A stretch of DNA of 64,000 nucleotides. Source: Callorhinchus milii. Lineage: Eukaryota. The DNA lies in contig NW_024704771.1 in the NCBI RefSeq assembly GCF_018977255.1, positions 3,906,001-3,970,000 of the forward strand. The letters run 5' to 3'. A program made the translations under genes and the position numbers. The notes below the pieces were generated by a model. That model had not been told where the DNA came from and searched no databases. It saw only the letters and a list, made by a program, of their open reading frames with translations. Position 1 is the first letter of the stretch; the number at the start of each line of letters is the position of its first letter. Positions 11,301-23,640 of this stretch are shown piece after piece.

Positions 11301-14300
11301 CACCCCCGGCTCAGCATCAGGCTATGCCAGTGTTAAGCGTCTTGAAACGCTGCCCACGTGAAAGGCGCTATGTCAATGCAAGTTGCTGTTGTTGTTGTTG
11401 GCTCAGTTGGTAGTCAAAGGGTGTGGGTAAAAATCCACATGGGGACTTTGAGGTCACAGACTCCAGTGAAGGGAGCCCTGAATTGGCAGAGTTGCCACTC
11501 CTTTGGGTGTGATGTTAAACCGAGCTCCCGTCTGTGCCTGTTTAGGCGGACAATAAAGATCACAACACCGCTACATTCCCCCGGATAAGGTTGGTCACTC
11601 ACTTCACGGCGGTTCAGCCACTGCACCTGAGGCTCGTTGTGCTGTGAGACGTCTCAATGACGCGATAAGGTGTTATACCAAATGCAAGGATTATTATTAC
11701 TGTATTTAAACGTTTGATCTTGTTTCAGGCCGTCACAAAGATCCGGGAGTTCATCCTCCACAAAATCTATTCTTTTCGCAAACCCATGACCAACTACCAG
11801 GTTCCTCAGAACGCACTCCTGAAATACAGGTCAAATTTACTTTTGGTATCTGTAATATAATAGTGTTCGTGTTTCCCAGCTTTTAATTCCTTTCCTTGTG
11901 TATGACTTGTACACTACAAATTTACACAGCGTTAAATTGTAAAAATCAAAACAACTCTTTTCAGAGCGGTCCAACTGGCGGCCCGCGGGCCACATCCGGC
12001 CCCCTCCGCTTCCTGCATTTCATCTGGCCAGTCCGCTCCCTCCATAACCTGTAAAGGTTACGTTTCTGGAAGGAACCAGAAAAAATATTGCTCGTGGGTC
12101 CCACGGACTTTTCTCAAATCCGGCCCTCAGCAGCCCAAAAGGTTGGACCCCCCCCCCCCCATTGGTTTAAATTATAAAGCTATAAAATCTAAACGTAAAC
12201 AATTTCTTACTCCACACGCCTCTGTTTACTGTGGTTGTTAGTCGATTGGCAGATAGCTTTCCTTCAAAAATAGACCAATAATAATTGGGTCAGTCAATCC
12301 ACGACTGTATGTGGGACACTGCTGTGCGCAATTGGCTGCCACCTTTCGCCCACAAAATTGTCACTCCATTTTTCAGTGTATTCTGTGAAGCACTTTGAGA
12401 AGTCTCGACGTGATGAGGCACTGTGTCGAACGCAAGGCTTGTCATTGCGTTGGAGGCATGAGTAAGGATCAGCCGAGCATTGAACAGAGCGCGTGGCATC
12501 TTGATCTGACTGTCCTTCTCGCTTTTCAGATTTTTCTACCAGTTTCTCATGGCGAACGAGCGTCACGTAGCGAAGGAGATCCGGGATGAATACGTGGACA
12601 CCATGAGCAAAATCTACTTCTCCTACTTCAAATCCTACACTAGCAGACTGATGAAAGTGCAGGTCAGATGTTTGGTGACGTTATACTGTGATCAATCAGC
12701 CATTTCCTTGTGTTTCTCCTTGTCCCTCGTCCCCTCCATTCTATCTTCGGCGGCCATACTTTCAGCCACTAGACCCTGAAGTTTCTCCCCCAATCCTTCC
12801 GCCTTGCCCCCGATCTCCCCTCCTTTAGATCATGAGTGAAGATGTTCCTCTTCAACCATGCTTACAGTCACCTCCCCTCCCTCCCCCGCTGGTCCGGCTT
12901 TGGGCTCCGCCACTGAAGCGCTCCGAGTTTCTAGCCTGCGCGAAGGGTGCTGTGTAAATGCAAGTTGTTGTTGTGGTTCCTCTTGCAGTAACCTACCTCA
13001 CTGTGCCCTGTTCCGCAGTATGAAGAGGTGGCTGACAAAGACGACCTGATGGGTGTTGAAGACACAGCAAAGAAAGATATCCTTCCCCAGATTCTACAGT
13101 AAACCGCACACAAGTCATATCAGTTGGAACCATACATTTAGTATGACTTGTGCAAAGTATGTGTTGTGTCAGACTTACGCTGAGTGTAACGGGACTCGGG
13201 CAAATGTACGACTTAGGTGATTATATGATTTTTTTTTACTGAATTACGGTATTCCAAAGAATCTTATTGTAAGGCAGTAAGAGTCAATCTCTTCCCCCAC
13301 CACCACCACCATCTCCCTCCGCTCCTTTTGGCTGCGGAGGGCTTTGAAGACGGAAATATAAGTTGTCATTGTTGCATTGTCTCATTTAATAATAATAATA
13401 ATCCTTGCATTTGATATAGCGCTCTTCACGTCGGGAGGACGTCCCAAAGCGCTTCACAGAACACACTGCAAAGTGAATTGACTGTATATTTGTGGGCGAA
13501 CGCGGCAGCCAATTGCCCACAGCAATGTCCCACAAACAGTCGTAGATTGAAAATGACCAATTTATTATTGTTTTTGGTTTGGGATGGATTATTATTAGGC
13601 TCTGTGTGGAGTAAGGAAACTTGCCCGAGGTTTAAGTTGCCATATCAAATAGCCGAGCCTCACTATTCCTCTGTGACTACAACTTAACATTGGGAACCTG
13701 CTGAGGAAGGTAAAGGTGACCTGGAAACAGAGTGTGAGGCAGGAGTCCACAACTTACTGCAATGATTTCTGTTGTGAGTGGAACTCAGGCGTGTGTGTTT
13801 TCTTTTCAAGAGCAAAGGATGCATTTCTCCTTAACCCCTTACGCTTTTTCTCCAAACCGTCGCTGAAAAACCGCAACACCATCTTCACGCTGGGGAACCG
13901 GGGGAATGTGATCGCGTCCGCTGAGCTGGAGGGTCCCATCATCGTCCCTCATGCAGCGCAGAAGAACGACTCGCGGGTAACGCAGGGAATTTCTCTGGCG
14001 ATTGCGTGTCGTCAAGTAGTCAGTGGGGAGAGGGGTGATAGTGATGTATAATAATTCTTGCATTTGATGCAGCACTTCATCACGGTCTTCGAGACGTCTC
14101 AAAGCGCTTCATAGAGTTGTTGCTGGCGCTCCGATGCAGCGCTGTGCGCATTTGGCTGCCGCGTTTCATACACAAAGCACAGTCGATTCGCTTTATAGTA
14201 TATTCTGTGGAACGCTTTGTGACGTCTCAACAGCGCGATAAAGCGCTTTATCAAATGCAAGGATTATTATTATTGTGTTGACTGTTCTCGCTGCTGACAG

Positions 14301-17300
14301 CCGTTCTCCTCTGCCCTCCAGTACCCGTTTGAGAGTCTGTTCCGTAGCCAGCACTACGCCCTGCTCGACAACAGCTGCCGGGAATACCTCTTCCTCTGTG
14401 ACTTCTTCATGGTGACGGGCAACTCGGCACAGGACCTCTTCAACGCCATCATGGGCAAAACCCTCACCATGTTCCTGGTGACTGTGCCATCCAGTCGAGG
14501 GATCCTATGTGTGGGGGTGGGGGGGGGAGGGAGGGCGAGGGAGGACTGTTTCTCTTCAAGGAGTGATGCTGGGTCAAGCAGATTATTATTATTAATTTGA
14601 TATTAGATTTATTTATTTAATATTTGATATATATTTGCTTTGAGGCGACTTTCGAAGACGTGATAAGGCGCTATAATCAGATGTAAATATTACATAGAGC
14701 TTTATCATGTCATTAAGACATCTCAAAGCACTTCACATTCACATAATATACTGTAAAGTGGAGTGATTTTGTGGGTGCAACACGGCAGCCAGTCGCGCTC
14801 AGCAGTGTCCCACAAAGCCACGGATTAAGTGACTAAATTATTCTTATTTATTTTGAGGGGGATTATTACCTAGTGGAAAGCGATCCGCTAATCGACCTAA
14901 CATTTGGGTTCCTACTTACTGCTAGGTAAACAGGCACGTGGAGTAGGGAAAGTCGCCTAAGGTTTCGCCCCTCCAGGGAATCGAACCCAGATCCTCTCGC
15001 TTGTGAGCTGAGTGCTCAGATGCACATTGTCGAAGATGTAGATCCTACCTACGTCCAAGATAATATATTATGTCAGAATAGAGCTGAGTTAAGGGGTTTT
15101 ATGAGAGGGATTCTTAATGGGACCCACACCTGAGGCATTGCAGTCGGGTGATTGTGTTATAATGGGGGGAGGAATGCCACGTTTCACCCACAAATCATAC
15201 AGTGAAGCGCTTTGAGAGGTCTCAATGATGTGATAAGACGTTGTATCGAATGCAAGGATTATTATTCCGTCAGGATTGCAGGATAAAAGCCCTCTTGTTC
15301 CTTTGCTTTAGAAACACATGGACAATTACGTGGCGGATTGCTTTGACAGCATCGCTATATTCCTCTGCATTCACGTCATCCTCCGCTTCAAAACCATCAT
15401 GGCCAAGAGAAACATCCCGTCAGTCGATAGGTGAGTGGAGTCAACGGGAAAGGTTTACAACATTTGTTTTTAAAAACACAATGGCCGACTTTTGGGTCAT
15501 CGGCTGCCGCTGATGTCACTTACTACCAGCTGAGCGTATGTAACATATGCCGCTGATCATTACTGATGCGCGCAGGGTCCGCAAAGTGGCATTAGTGGCG
15601 CTTCCTGCCGTGCAGGAAAGTGACGTCAGTGGTGACCCAGAGGGAAGGAAGGTAGAGGAGATCTCCCCCTGTGTTTATAGCTGGTTCACCCCCTATCCTC
15701 CAAAATGGAGGGACAATCACTTAGACCTGGTGAGAATTATTTAGCAGAGACTGTGAGTTAAGGCTGGGGTGTGTGTATCGAATGGAGNCCCCCTCAGTGT
15801 ATGATGAGGATAACTGCTGTAGTTTGACCAGTTAAGGCCACTTTCCCAATGCTAAAGGCAGCAGAAGAGAGTTTGAGTTGATGACTGTGATCTTTTCAGG
15901 TACTGGGGCACACTGCTGGATATCCTGTGGCCAAGGTTTGAACATGTCCTGGAGTTAAACATTCAGAGCATCCGCAACACCGACCCTCAGAAGCTCGGGG
16001 CACTGGACACTCGGCCACACTATGTAAGGGCTCTCTTTAGTTCGCACCCTGGTGTCTGTTTCTAAAGGTTGGGTTTTCAATTGAGGGTAGAGGCTTCACC
16101 ATCAGCAATAGCGCCTACAGTCTTTCTGCTCCCAACCTCTGGAACTCCAGCCCACAGTCCATTCACCTTGCTCTCTCCCTTGAAGACCCAACTCAAGACC
16201 TCCTCTTCGACTAGAGAGCCTTCGGTCGCTCTGGTATCCCTGCCTCCACCCTTCCTGATCCCAACCCCCAGCTCGGATCCAAATCCTTGGGACTTTGGAT
16301 TCAGCCTTGGGACGTGTGAAGGTCTTCAGACGCAATCAGAAGATGGGGAAGAAAGGGGCAAGACGGGGGGATTGAGGAGAGTGTTGGACAGTTTTGGGGC
16401 TCAAAGCCCAGCCACCGATGGTGGAATTGAGACCACGAAGGACAAGCAAGAGGTTCGGAGCCCGCCAGGTAGAGGCACCGTCTAAGAGGTAAGCAGGTCA
16501 GAGAGGTAGAGAAGTTGCCAGGGCATGAAGGGATTTGAAGATGAGCGTGAGGATAAGGCGCGAGATCAAATGTAAGGATGATGATTATTATTAAGTTGTT
16601 TCTTCTCCAGGTCACCAGAAGATACGCCGAATTTTCATCAGCAATTGTCAGCATTAATGAAACCTATCCCAACGAGAAGACTCACTCATTACTTGGACAA
16701 CTGCAGGTCTGTGGCAAGTTATGTTAAACTGAGGTCCTGCCTGACCCTGTTCAGGTGGCTCCACTGAATCATAGCATCTTAGAGCATAGAAGGAGGCCTA
16801 AGGTTTTGCCCCGCAGGGACTCAAACTGGGGTCCTCTCGCTTGTGAGGCATGTTAACCATTACGCTGCTGGGCTCTCCTTGATAGTGAGAGCGCCTGGCA
16901 TGGAACAAAGGTTGTTATTATTAGTATAAGTTCCATGTGAAACGCAATGAGGATTTGCATTTACATGGTGGTGAGGGGGTTGTGTGTTCGTGCACCTCGT
17001 GTCCCTCTGTGGCGGCTGACGTGTGGGTGGTGAAGAGAGGGAGGTCTCCCAGTGACGGCTCTGTCTCTCACTCAGGTAGAAGTGGAGAATTTCGTCCTGC
17101 GAATGGCTGCCGAGTTTGCTTCCCGGCGGGAACAGCTCATCTTCCTGATCAACAACTACGACATGATGTTGGGCGTCTTGATGGTGAGTCCGGTCATTCG
17201 CCTTCACCGGGGGTTTGTGGGGGTGCGAAACAGGAGAAGGTGGCAGAGGGGAAGTGACCTTAAATTGGATTTTTTTTTTTTGGTCAGCCTGACACACACA

Positions 17301-20300
17301 GAAACCCGTCGCCGGGTGTCTGACGCTCGCGGAAACACATCACCGCGATCAGCCGGGTGTCCGAAACACGGAAACCCATCACCGTGCTTAAGAGCATCCA
17401 AACCAAGCTGAGATTTCCATGCATCCCACCTACGTGTAGAAATCCCAGAGATAGATCGTTGGAATGGAACGTGCACTCCTGCTTAATTAATTCCGGAGAG
17501 TAATGGCGCAGGTTGCAAAGAGCCAAGGCTTGGAAGGACCCCAGAGTGAGTGTTGGCGTAACTGCTGGAGTCTGACCAGCTAAAATAACATAATTTGCCA
17601 TTGAAAGCTTGAGTGCCCTGGAATAATATGGACCCTATAGACCCGCCGAGCTTAGGAACCGGACTAGAAACCGTCACAGAGGGCTGGCTCGATTCCGACA
17701 ATCTCTTGCGAAGCATGTCATCTTGAAGCCGGTCCATTTCCCAGGAGATTCTGCTTGCCTTGCCCCTGCCCCTCCACCCCCACCTCCCCCCTCCACCCAA
17801 GGAGGATACTCAAGCCAAACCCTAAACTGAGTACCAAACTGTTTTTCTCCTGCACAGGAGAGGGCCACGGACGACAGTAAAGAGGTGGAAAGCTTCCAAC
17901 AGCTTCTCGGGGCCAGGAACCAGGTCAGTGATTTCATACCCTCTTCCCCACAGCTTTGCTCATCTAACAACTTGTGTATATGAGTGGAAGCCGCCTTTAC
18001 CAGTCGCCGGTTAAACTAAACGAAATGCCCAGCCCCGATTCATTTGGGTTCTTGCCCGCTTTAAATCTGCCTATTAATTCGGACAAAAATTTGGTTACTC
18101 CGGACAAAATGGTGGCCGCTGAATCTATTCGCTCGCGACTTCCGGTGTGACTCAGCGGCTCCAGGATGGAGATGGGTGCAGTCCAAGATTGATTGACAGC
18201 AGACTCCAGCCAGTCACATGCAGCTCCAGGCTGTCAATCAGTGAAGGAGCGGAGAAGGATAAGGGGGCAAGTCAAATCATGGTTGATTGACGGGCTGGAG
18301 CTGCTTGTGATTGGCGGACCCGCCTCCGCTCTCCTGGTGAGCGGGAAGAGGTACATTGGTTAACCTCAGACGCTGCTTAAGCCGGACATGGCTGCCCCTT
18401 GTGTGTCCGTCTTAAGTGGCTTCCGCTGTATCCAGATAATATTTCAGATACTTGGCCTCGGAGGAGGGCACACTAAATCTTACGTCAAGACCGGGCCTGG
18501 GCTGTGAACGGAAACGAGGACTAATCCCATTTGCCCTCTCCAGGAGTTTATCGAAGAGATTCTGTCTCCGCCTTTTGGGGGAATGATCGCCTTTGTGAAG
18601 GAAGCGGAGGTTCTGATAGAAAAGGGCAACATTGAGAAGCTGAAAGCAGAGGAAGGTAAGATTGTGGGGCGGTGTCTCGCCTCTGGTCCATGTAATGTTT
18701 ACATCGCAGAACCAGGCCATTCAGCCCATCAGGTCTGTGCTTCACCACTCAGGCAACCCACAATAATATAATAGTCATTTAATAATAACAGTAAATTGAC
18801 TGTATATTTTGTGGGCGAAACGTGACAATGACTCACAAACAGTCGTGGATTGAGTGACCAAATTATTATTATTTCTAATAATTGCGACACGAGGGTGAAT
18901 AAGAGTGTGTTAGCGACTAAGCTGGGCTGAGACCTACAACTAAGCTTATACCTAATCCTGACTCAGACATAGGCCGTGAATACAACAACAAGGTTACATA
19001 ACGTCTTTCATGTCGGGAGGACGTCCTAATGTACAGCATTTCAGACCCGAGCAGGGGTCGGGGCGGGGGGGGAGAGGGGAGGGGAAGGGGGTGACCGATC
19101 GCATGGTCGAAAAGAAGGTTTTTTCAGGCGGGACTTGAAGGAGGCTAACGGGGGTGAGGTGGAGTAATTGAATAATTAAAATTAATTAAAGTGAATTGAA
19201 ATGAATACAACAAGAAATTCCATTTAAACAACGCCTTTCACGTCGGGAAGAAGTCCCGAGGCGCTGGACAGGCAGGGACTTGGACCCGAGCAGCGGGTTG
19301 GGATCAGGGAGGGTAGGGGTAGGAGGGAAGGCGCGGTTGAAGTGGAGCGTCTTGAGACTGGCTTTGAAGGAGGCAAGAGAGGGGGGGAGGCGGAGGGACT
19401 GTGGGATGGAGTTCGGAGGTTGGGGGCAGAGAGGCTGATGAAGGGGGACACGGAGCCTGCCGGAGCGAACAAGGTCGATATAGTTAGCCACAGCAACAAA
19501 ATTACATGTGTCATCAGGAGGATGTCCCAAGGCGCTGGACAGACAGTTTACGGACCTGAGCTGAGGATCGGGGTGGGGGAGGGCAGGTGGGGAAGCAGGA
19601 AAATCGAAAGCACGGTCGAAGAAGTGGGCCTTGAAGGTGACGAAGGAGGGGGCGAGACGGAGGGACTGCGGAATGGAGTTCCGGAGGGTGGGGCAGAGTG
19701 GCGGAAAGCCCGCCCGCCGATAGTGGCGCGAGCAAGGCATGAAACAGGCCGGAGCCCGCTGAGCAGAGGGAGCGAACAGGGTGGTAGGGGGTTAGGAGAT
19801 CGGAGAGGTAGGGGGGGGAGCAAGACTGAAGGACCAGGATCTTGAACTGTATCCTGTGTGTGATGGGAAGCCAGTGGAGATGGGTGAGGATAGGGTCCCG
19901 GAGCCGAGCGCAGGAGAGGACACGGGCTGCAGAGTTCTGGACGATCTGCAGCCTGTGGAGGGAGGAGTTGGGGAGGGAGAGAGGTAGTGAGTTTGCACAG
20001 TCGAGCCTCGATGCAGATCACAGAGGTAGGAAGGAGCAAGGGCTTTGAAGGCGAGGACGAAATATATCGATACTTTTAAATACTGCACATTTTAAACTTC
20101 CTCCTCTGTCTGTTTGTTTCTCGCGTGGCTCAGGCCGGGTTGTGCAGTTAGTTCGGGGCTTTGCGGCCACCTGGAAGCAGGCAGTAGAGAATCTCAGTCA
20201 AGACGTCATGAGATCTTTCACCAACTTCAAGAACGGGACAGGAATCATACAGGTAATCATTCCAATCCTTTCTGGGTGTATTGTAGCAAGAGCCAGGGGG

Positions 20301-20975
20301 CTCTGTGCGATTACGTGTCGCTGTTGACGACAAAGCATTGCTCTTGAGGCTGTGCTCCATTCAAGGCGGAGAGAATACAGGAAGAACGCACCAGAGTTTC
20401 GGGGCGTAGTGGTCGAAAGAGCCGCCACTAATGGTGGAACGGAGGGCACGGGGCACACGCAGAAAGCCACAGCCAGTCGTCGGAGACAGTGGGCTGTGGG
20501 GTAAGCGGGTCGGAGAGGTAGGGAGGGGCGAGAGTGCGAAGGGATTTGAAGACGAACGTGAGGATCTTGAAATTGATCTGTTGGGCGATAGGGAGCCAGT
20601 GAAGCCCGGCTAGAATTGTTTGAAGGGGGTACGGAGTTTAAGGTGTGATAGGGAGCCAGTGGAGCCCGGCTAGAACTGGTGTGAAGGGGGTACTGAGTTT
20701 AGTACGAGTGAGGATGTGGGCTGTGCCGTTTTGGATTAAGTGGATTTTATGGACGGTGGAGCTGGGGAGACCGGCGAGGGGGGCATGGAATAATTATACG
20801 GCTCAGACTTACATTACTGTGTTTGCAGGGAGCTCTGACCCAGCTCATCCAATACTATCACCGTTTCCACAAGGTCCTCTCTCAGCCGCCCTTCAAGAGC
20901 CTGGTGGTGAGGTCTGAGCTCATTAACATCCACCACCTTATGGTGGAGGTCAAAAAGCACAAGCCCAACTTCTAG
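8358..20975 (+). CDS. VPS52: Vacuolar protein sorting 52 (GARP/EARP subunit), 18 visible exons; N-terminal exons lost in N gap
   Basis: Exons 8358-8399 (partial, ANLEDELVKEALKT), 8864-8939, 9310-9377, 9843-10018, 10608-10758, 11729-11829, 12530-12662, 13019-13076, 13843-13976, 14322-14477, 15312-15430, 15900-16023, 16611-16706, 17076-17183, 17858-17923, 18544-18655, 20134-20252 and 20829-20975 (ends ELINIHHLMVEVKKHKPNF*). They splice into one open frame closely matching vertebrate VPS52 as recalled. Confidence 0.97.
8940..9309 (+). other. U12-type (minor spliceosome) GT-AG intron in VPS52
   Basis: Donor GTATCCTT at 8940; branch-like TCCTTATC at 9287-9294; TTTTCAG acceptor ending 9309; frame preserved (T+AC = Tyr). 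Confidence 0.75.
10861..10984 (+). repeat. Tandem repeat, 40 bp x 3
   Basis: TCCTCTTGACCCACACTAAACTCCCTC.ACGTCACACCAT repeated three times within an L2 remnant. Confidence 0.9.
11962..12150 (+). mobile_element. hAT/Charlie-like MITE
   Basis: CAGAGCGGTCCAACT.GCGGCCCGCGGGCCACATCCGGCCC start and CCGGCCCTC...AAAGGTTGGACCCC end. Reverse partial copies lie at about 23305-23435 and 27765-27840. Confidence 0.6.
13077..13842 (+). other. U12-type AT-AC intron in VPS52
   Basis: Donor ATATCCTT at 13077; perfect branch TCCTTAAC at 13828-13835; AC acceptor 13841-13842. Splicing gives ...TAKK-G-FFSKPSL..., matching conserved VPS52. Confidence 0.9.
17982..18430. mobile_element. Probable Tc1/mariner (Tigger-like) MITE in a VPS52 intron
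   Basis: Left end (ta)TGAGTGGAAGCCGC and right end TTAAGTGGCTTCCGCTG(ta) are imperfect inverted termini with TA flanks. Internal inverted repeats are present. A short right-end copy lies at about 45750-45810. Confidence 0.5.
19000..20060 (-). mobile_element. Nested L2 LINE 3' fragments in a VPS52 intron
   Basis: SRLDCANSL...[15 protein letters not shown]...LHWLPI..RIQFKIL motifs plus repeated L2 tails. Confidence 0.8.
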
Positions 20976-21577
20976 AGGCCATGAGGGGTCTGTTCACCAA
21001 CATCAGGACTGTCCATGGTAGGTCTCGGGGATAAAACAGAACTAAGTTGCTGTGACGGTTTACTGTGTGGGTCAGTGTGTATCCTCGTGGGCGGGTTTCA
21101 CCGCTCCTTTATCCGCGGAGCGCTGATGTTCAGCCTGGGAGCGAGTGTAGCCCCTGACTGTACAGGTTCTCTACTCTCCAAGGCCTCTGTTAGAATATGT
21201 CAAACCTTGTTTTAAATTAAACGGTTTGTGGTGAAGAAAATGCCTCCAATTGTTGTGTTGTCCTCGCGAGCGAGAGGACCCGGGTTCGAGTCCACAGACA
21301 GAGCAAAACCTTAGGCAAGTTAACTTACTCCGCACCACACGCCTCTGTTTATCCAACAGCTCATAGGAATCCAGTTGTTAAGTCGATTGGTGGATTTTTT
21401 AATCACATCTTCAGCCGGTCTTGAAGTGAATTGACCATATATTTTGTTAGTAAAACGCGGCTGCCAATTGTGCACACCAGTGTGGGTTGAGTGACTAAAT
21501 TATTATTACTTTTTATTTGTTAGGATTCTTACCCCCGGAAGAAGAATCTTCCAATCGAATTACAACCCGTTTCCTAC

Positions 21578-21893
21578 TTAATAATAATAATAATCCTTGC
21601 ATTTGATGGAGCGCTTTTCACGTCGGGAGAGGACGTCCCAAAGCGCATCACAGAACACACTGTAAAGTGAATTGACTGTATATTTGTGGGCGAACGCGGC
21701 AGCCAATTGCGCACAGCAATGTCCCACAAACAGTCGTGGACTGAAAATGACCAATTTATTATTGTTTTTGGTTTTGGAGGGATTATTATTAGGAGTGTGG
21801 AGTAAGGAAACTTGCCCGAGGTTTCGCCCTGACCGGCCTGGAATTGAACTCGGGTCTCTCGCTTGCAAAGCGAGTGCTCTAACCACTGAGCTA
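21578..21893 (-). mobile_element. tRNA-derived SINE, young subfamily copy
   Basis: Nearly identical to the reverse complement of 53471-53798 and to partial copies at 13390-13625, 22290-22500 and 35325-35460. Confidence 0.85.
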
Positions 21894-23640
21894 CTTACTG
21901 CTAGGGAAACAAGAGGCATGTGGGGTAAGGAAACTAGCTAATGTCAGTGATTTTACACAAGCTCGTTAATTGCTTTTAATTCCAACTGATAAATGTATAC
22001 ATCAGTGCATAGCCATTAAAAAGAACTATTAAGCAAAATAACATAAACGGTACAATTCAGATTTCTATTCTCTTCACAATACAGAAACAATTAGGAGCTT
22101 TACACTCAACACAGAGCCTTATTGTGACTGAGACATCCCAGAATATGCTTGTGCCGTGTATTTACTTGGCTAGCATGGCAGCCAATTTTACACACAGGAA
22201 CATCTCGCAAACAGACTACAAGTGGGTCCATCTTAAATTCCCCACGGATTCAACGAAATAAAACTATAATTTTCGGATTTCAAACACCAAATAATAATAA
22301 TAATCCTTGCATTTGATATAGCGCTTTTCACGTCGGGAGGACGTCCCAAAGCGCTTCACAGAACACACTGTAAAGTGAATCGACTGTATATTTGTGGGCG
22401 AACGCGGCAGCCAATTGCGCACAGCAATGTCCCACAGACAGTCGTAGATTGAAAATGACCAATTTATTATTGTTTTGCTTTTTTGGAGGGATTATTATCC
22501 AAGATATTCAAGCTCACAGAGACTGCTGCCCTTTACAAAGAATGTATATAGCAATGATGGTTGTTAGCAGTAAAGTAAAATTGCCAATCTGCCCACAAAA
22601 TACAGTCGCTCCACTTTACTGCGAAGCGCTTTGAGACATCTCGAAGTTGTGGTAAGGCGCTGTATCAAATGCAAACATTTTTATAAGATAGTTATTTCAC
22701 TTGTGCTTGTAAAAAGATAACTCTTCCCCCCCCCCCCCCTCCCACCCCCCCCACCCCGGTACAAAAATAAAAAATGACAATATTGTTGCATAATTAGAAT
22801 TTCAAAAATTGTTAACTCAATACAAACCACATGAAAAAATTGTTAACTCATTACAAACAGAAAGTAGGCGTTAGATTTTGGAAGGGCGGATGCACATTCA
22901 AAAGCTGACTATGTTAATTATGTTGAGCGGTGTACGGTTGTCTTTTAAGAAAGCTCCTACTACAGAGAAAATGCAACTAAATCGGAATAGGAATTTGAAT
23001 GGAATATAAAGAAGTTTTTGTGTCTATTGTATAGAGTCTATCTAACCAAAACTTGGCAAGAGTTAATATATGGATACCTCACGCGAAGTACAGTTCACCA
23101 GAATCCTTCAACCGAAAGCGGGGGCAAAGATGTATTCGGTTCTTTGGTGCAGACTTAGACTTAGCTTGTCCAAAGGACGGCAACTCAAACATATGCAGCG
23201 CACTTCCCAGCTCTGCGCTGGAGCATCAGTCTAGACCAAGGAGATCCAATGGCTGCTGAGGGCCGGATGCCCTGTTCGAGAATCACCTGCTGGCCGCATA
23301 AGCAATAAGTGTTTCCCTTCCAGAAACGTAGCGTTTAACATTTACAGGTTATCGAGGGAGCGGGTGGGCCGGACGAAATGGAGGCGGGGGGCCGCATTGG
23401 GCCTCGGGCCAACAGTTAGACCAACCTGATCTAGACCGGTCATTGATGTGCGGAAGGGAGACAGACATCGGATGGTACGGGTGGTGGTGGGGGTTGGGGG
23501 AGATGGAGAAGAGTAGAGCGGGCCAGTTCAGGTCCTTGGGGCCAGTTCAGGTCCAAGGAGGCCCCACGTATTTGTAGATACAAGCTGTCAGTTGTGAGGT
23601 GTGTATGATGAAACCACTACGCTGTCCGAGCGTAATATAC

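Noticed and set aside
13655-13790. H/ACA snoRNA (two possible hairpins in the AT-AC intron)
   Set aside because: No ANANNA hinge and no terminal ACA.
15801-15890. C/D-box snoRNA (ATGATGA at 15801)
   Set aside because: No CTGA D box or terminal stem, and it is too close to the 3' splice site.
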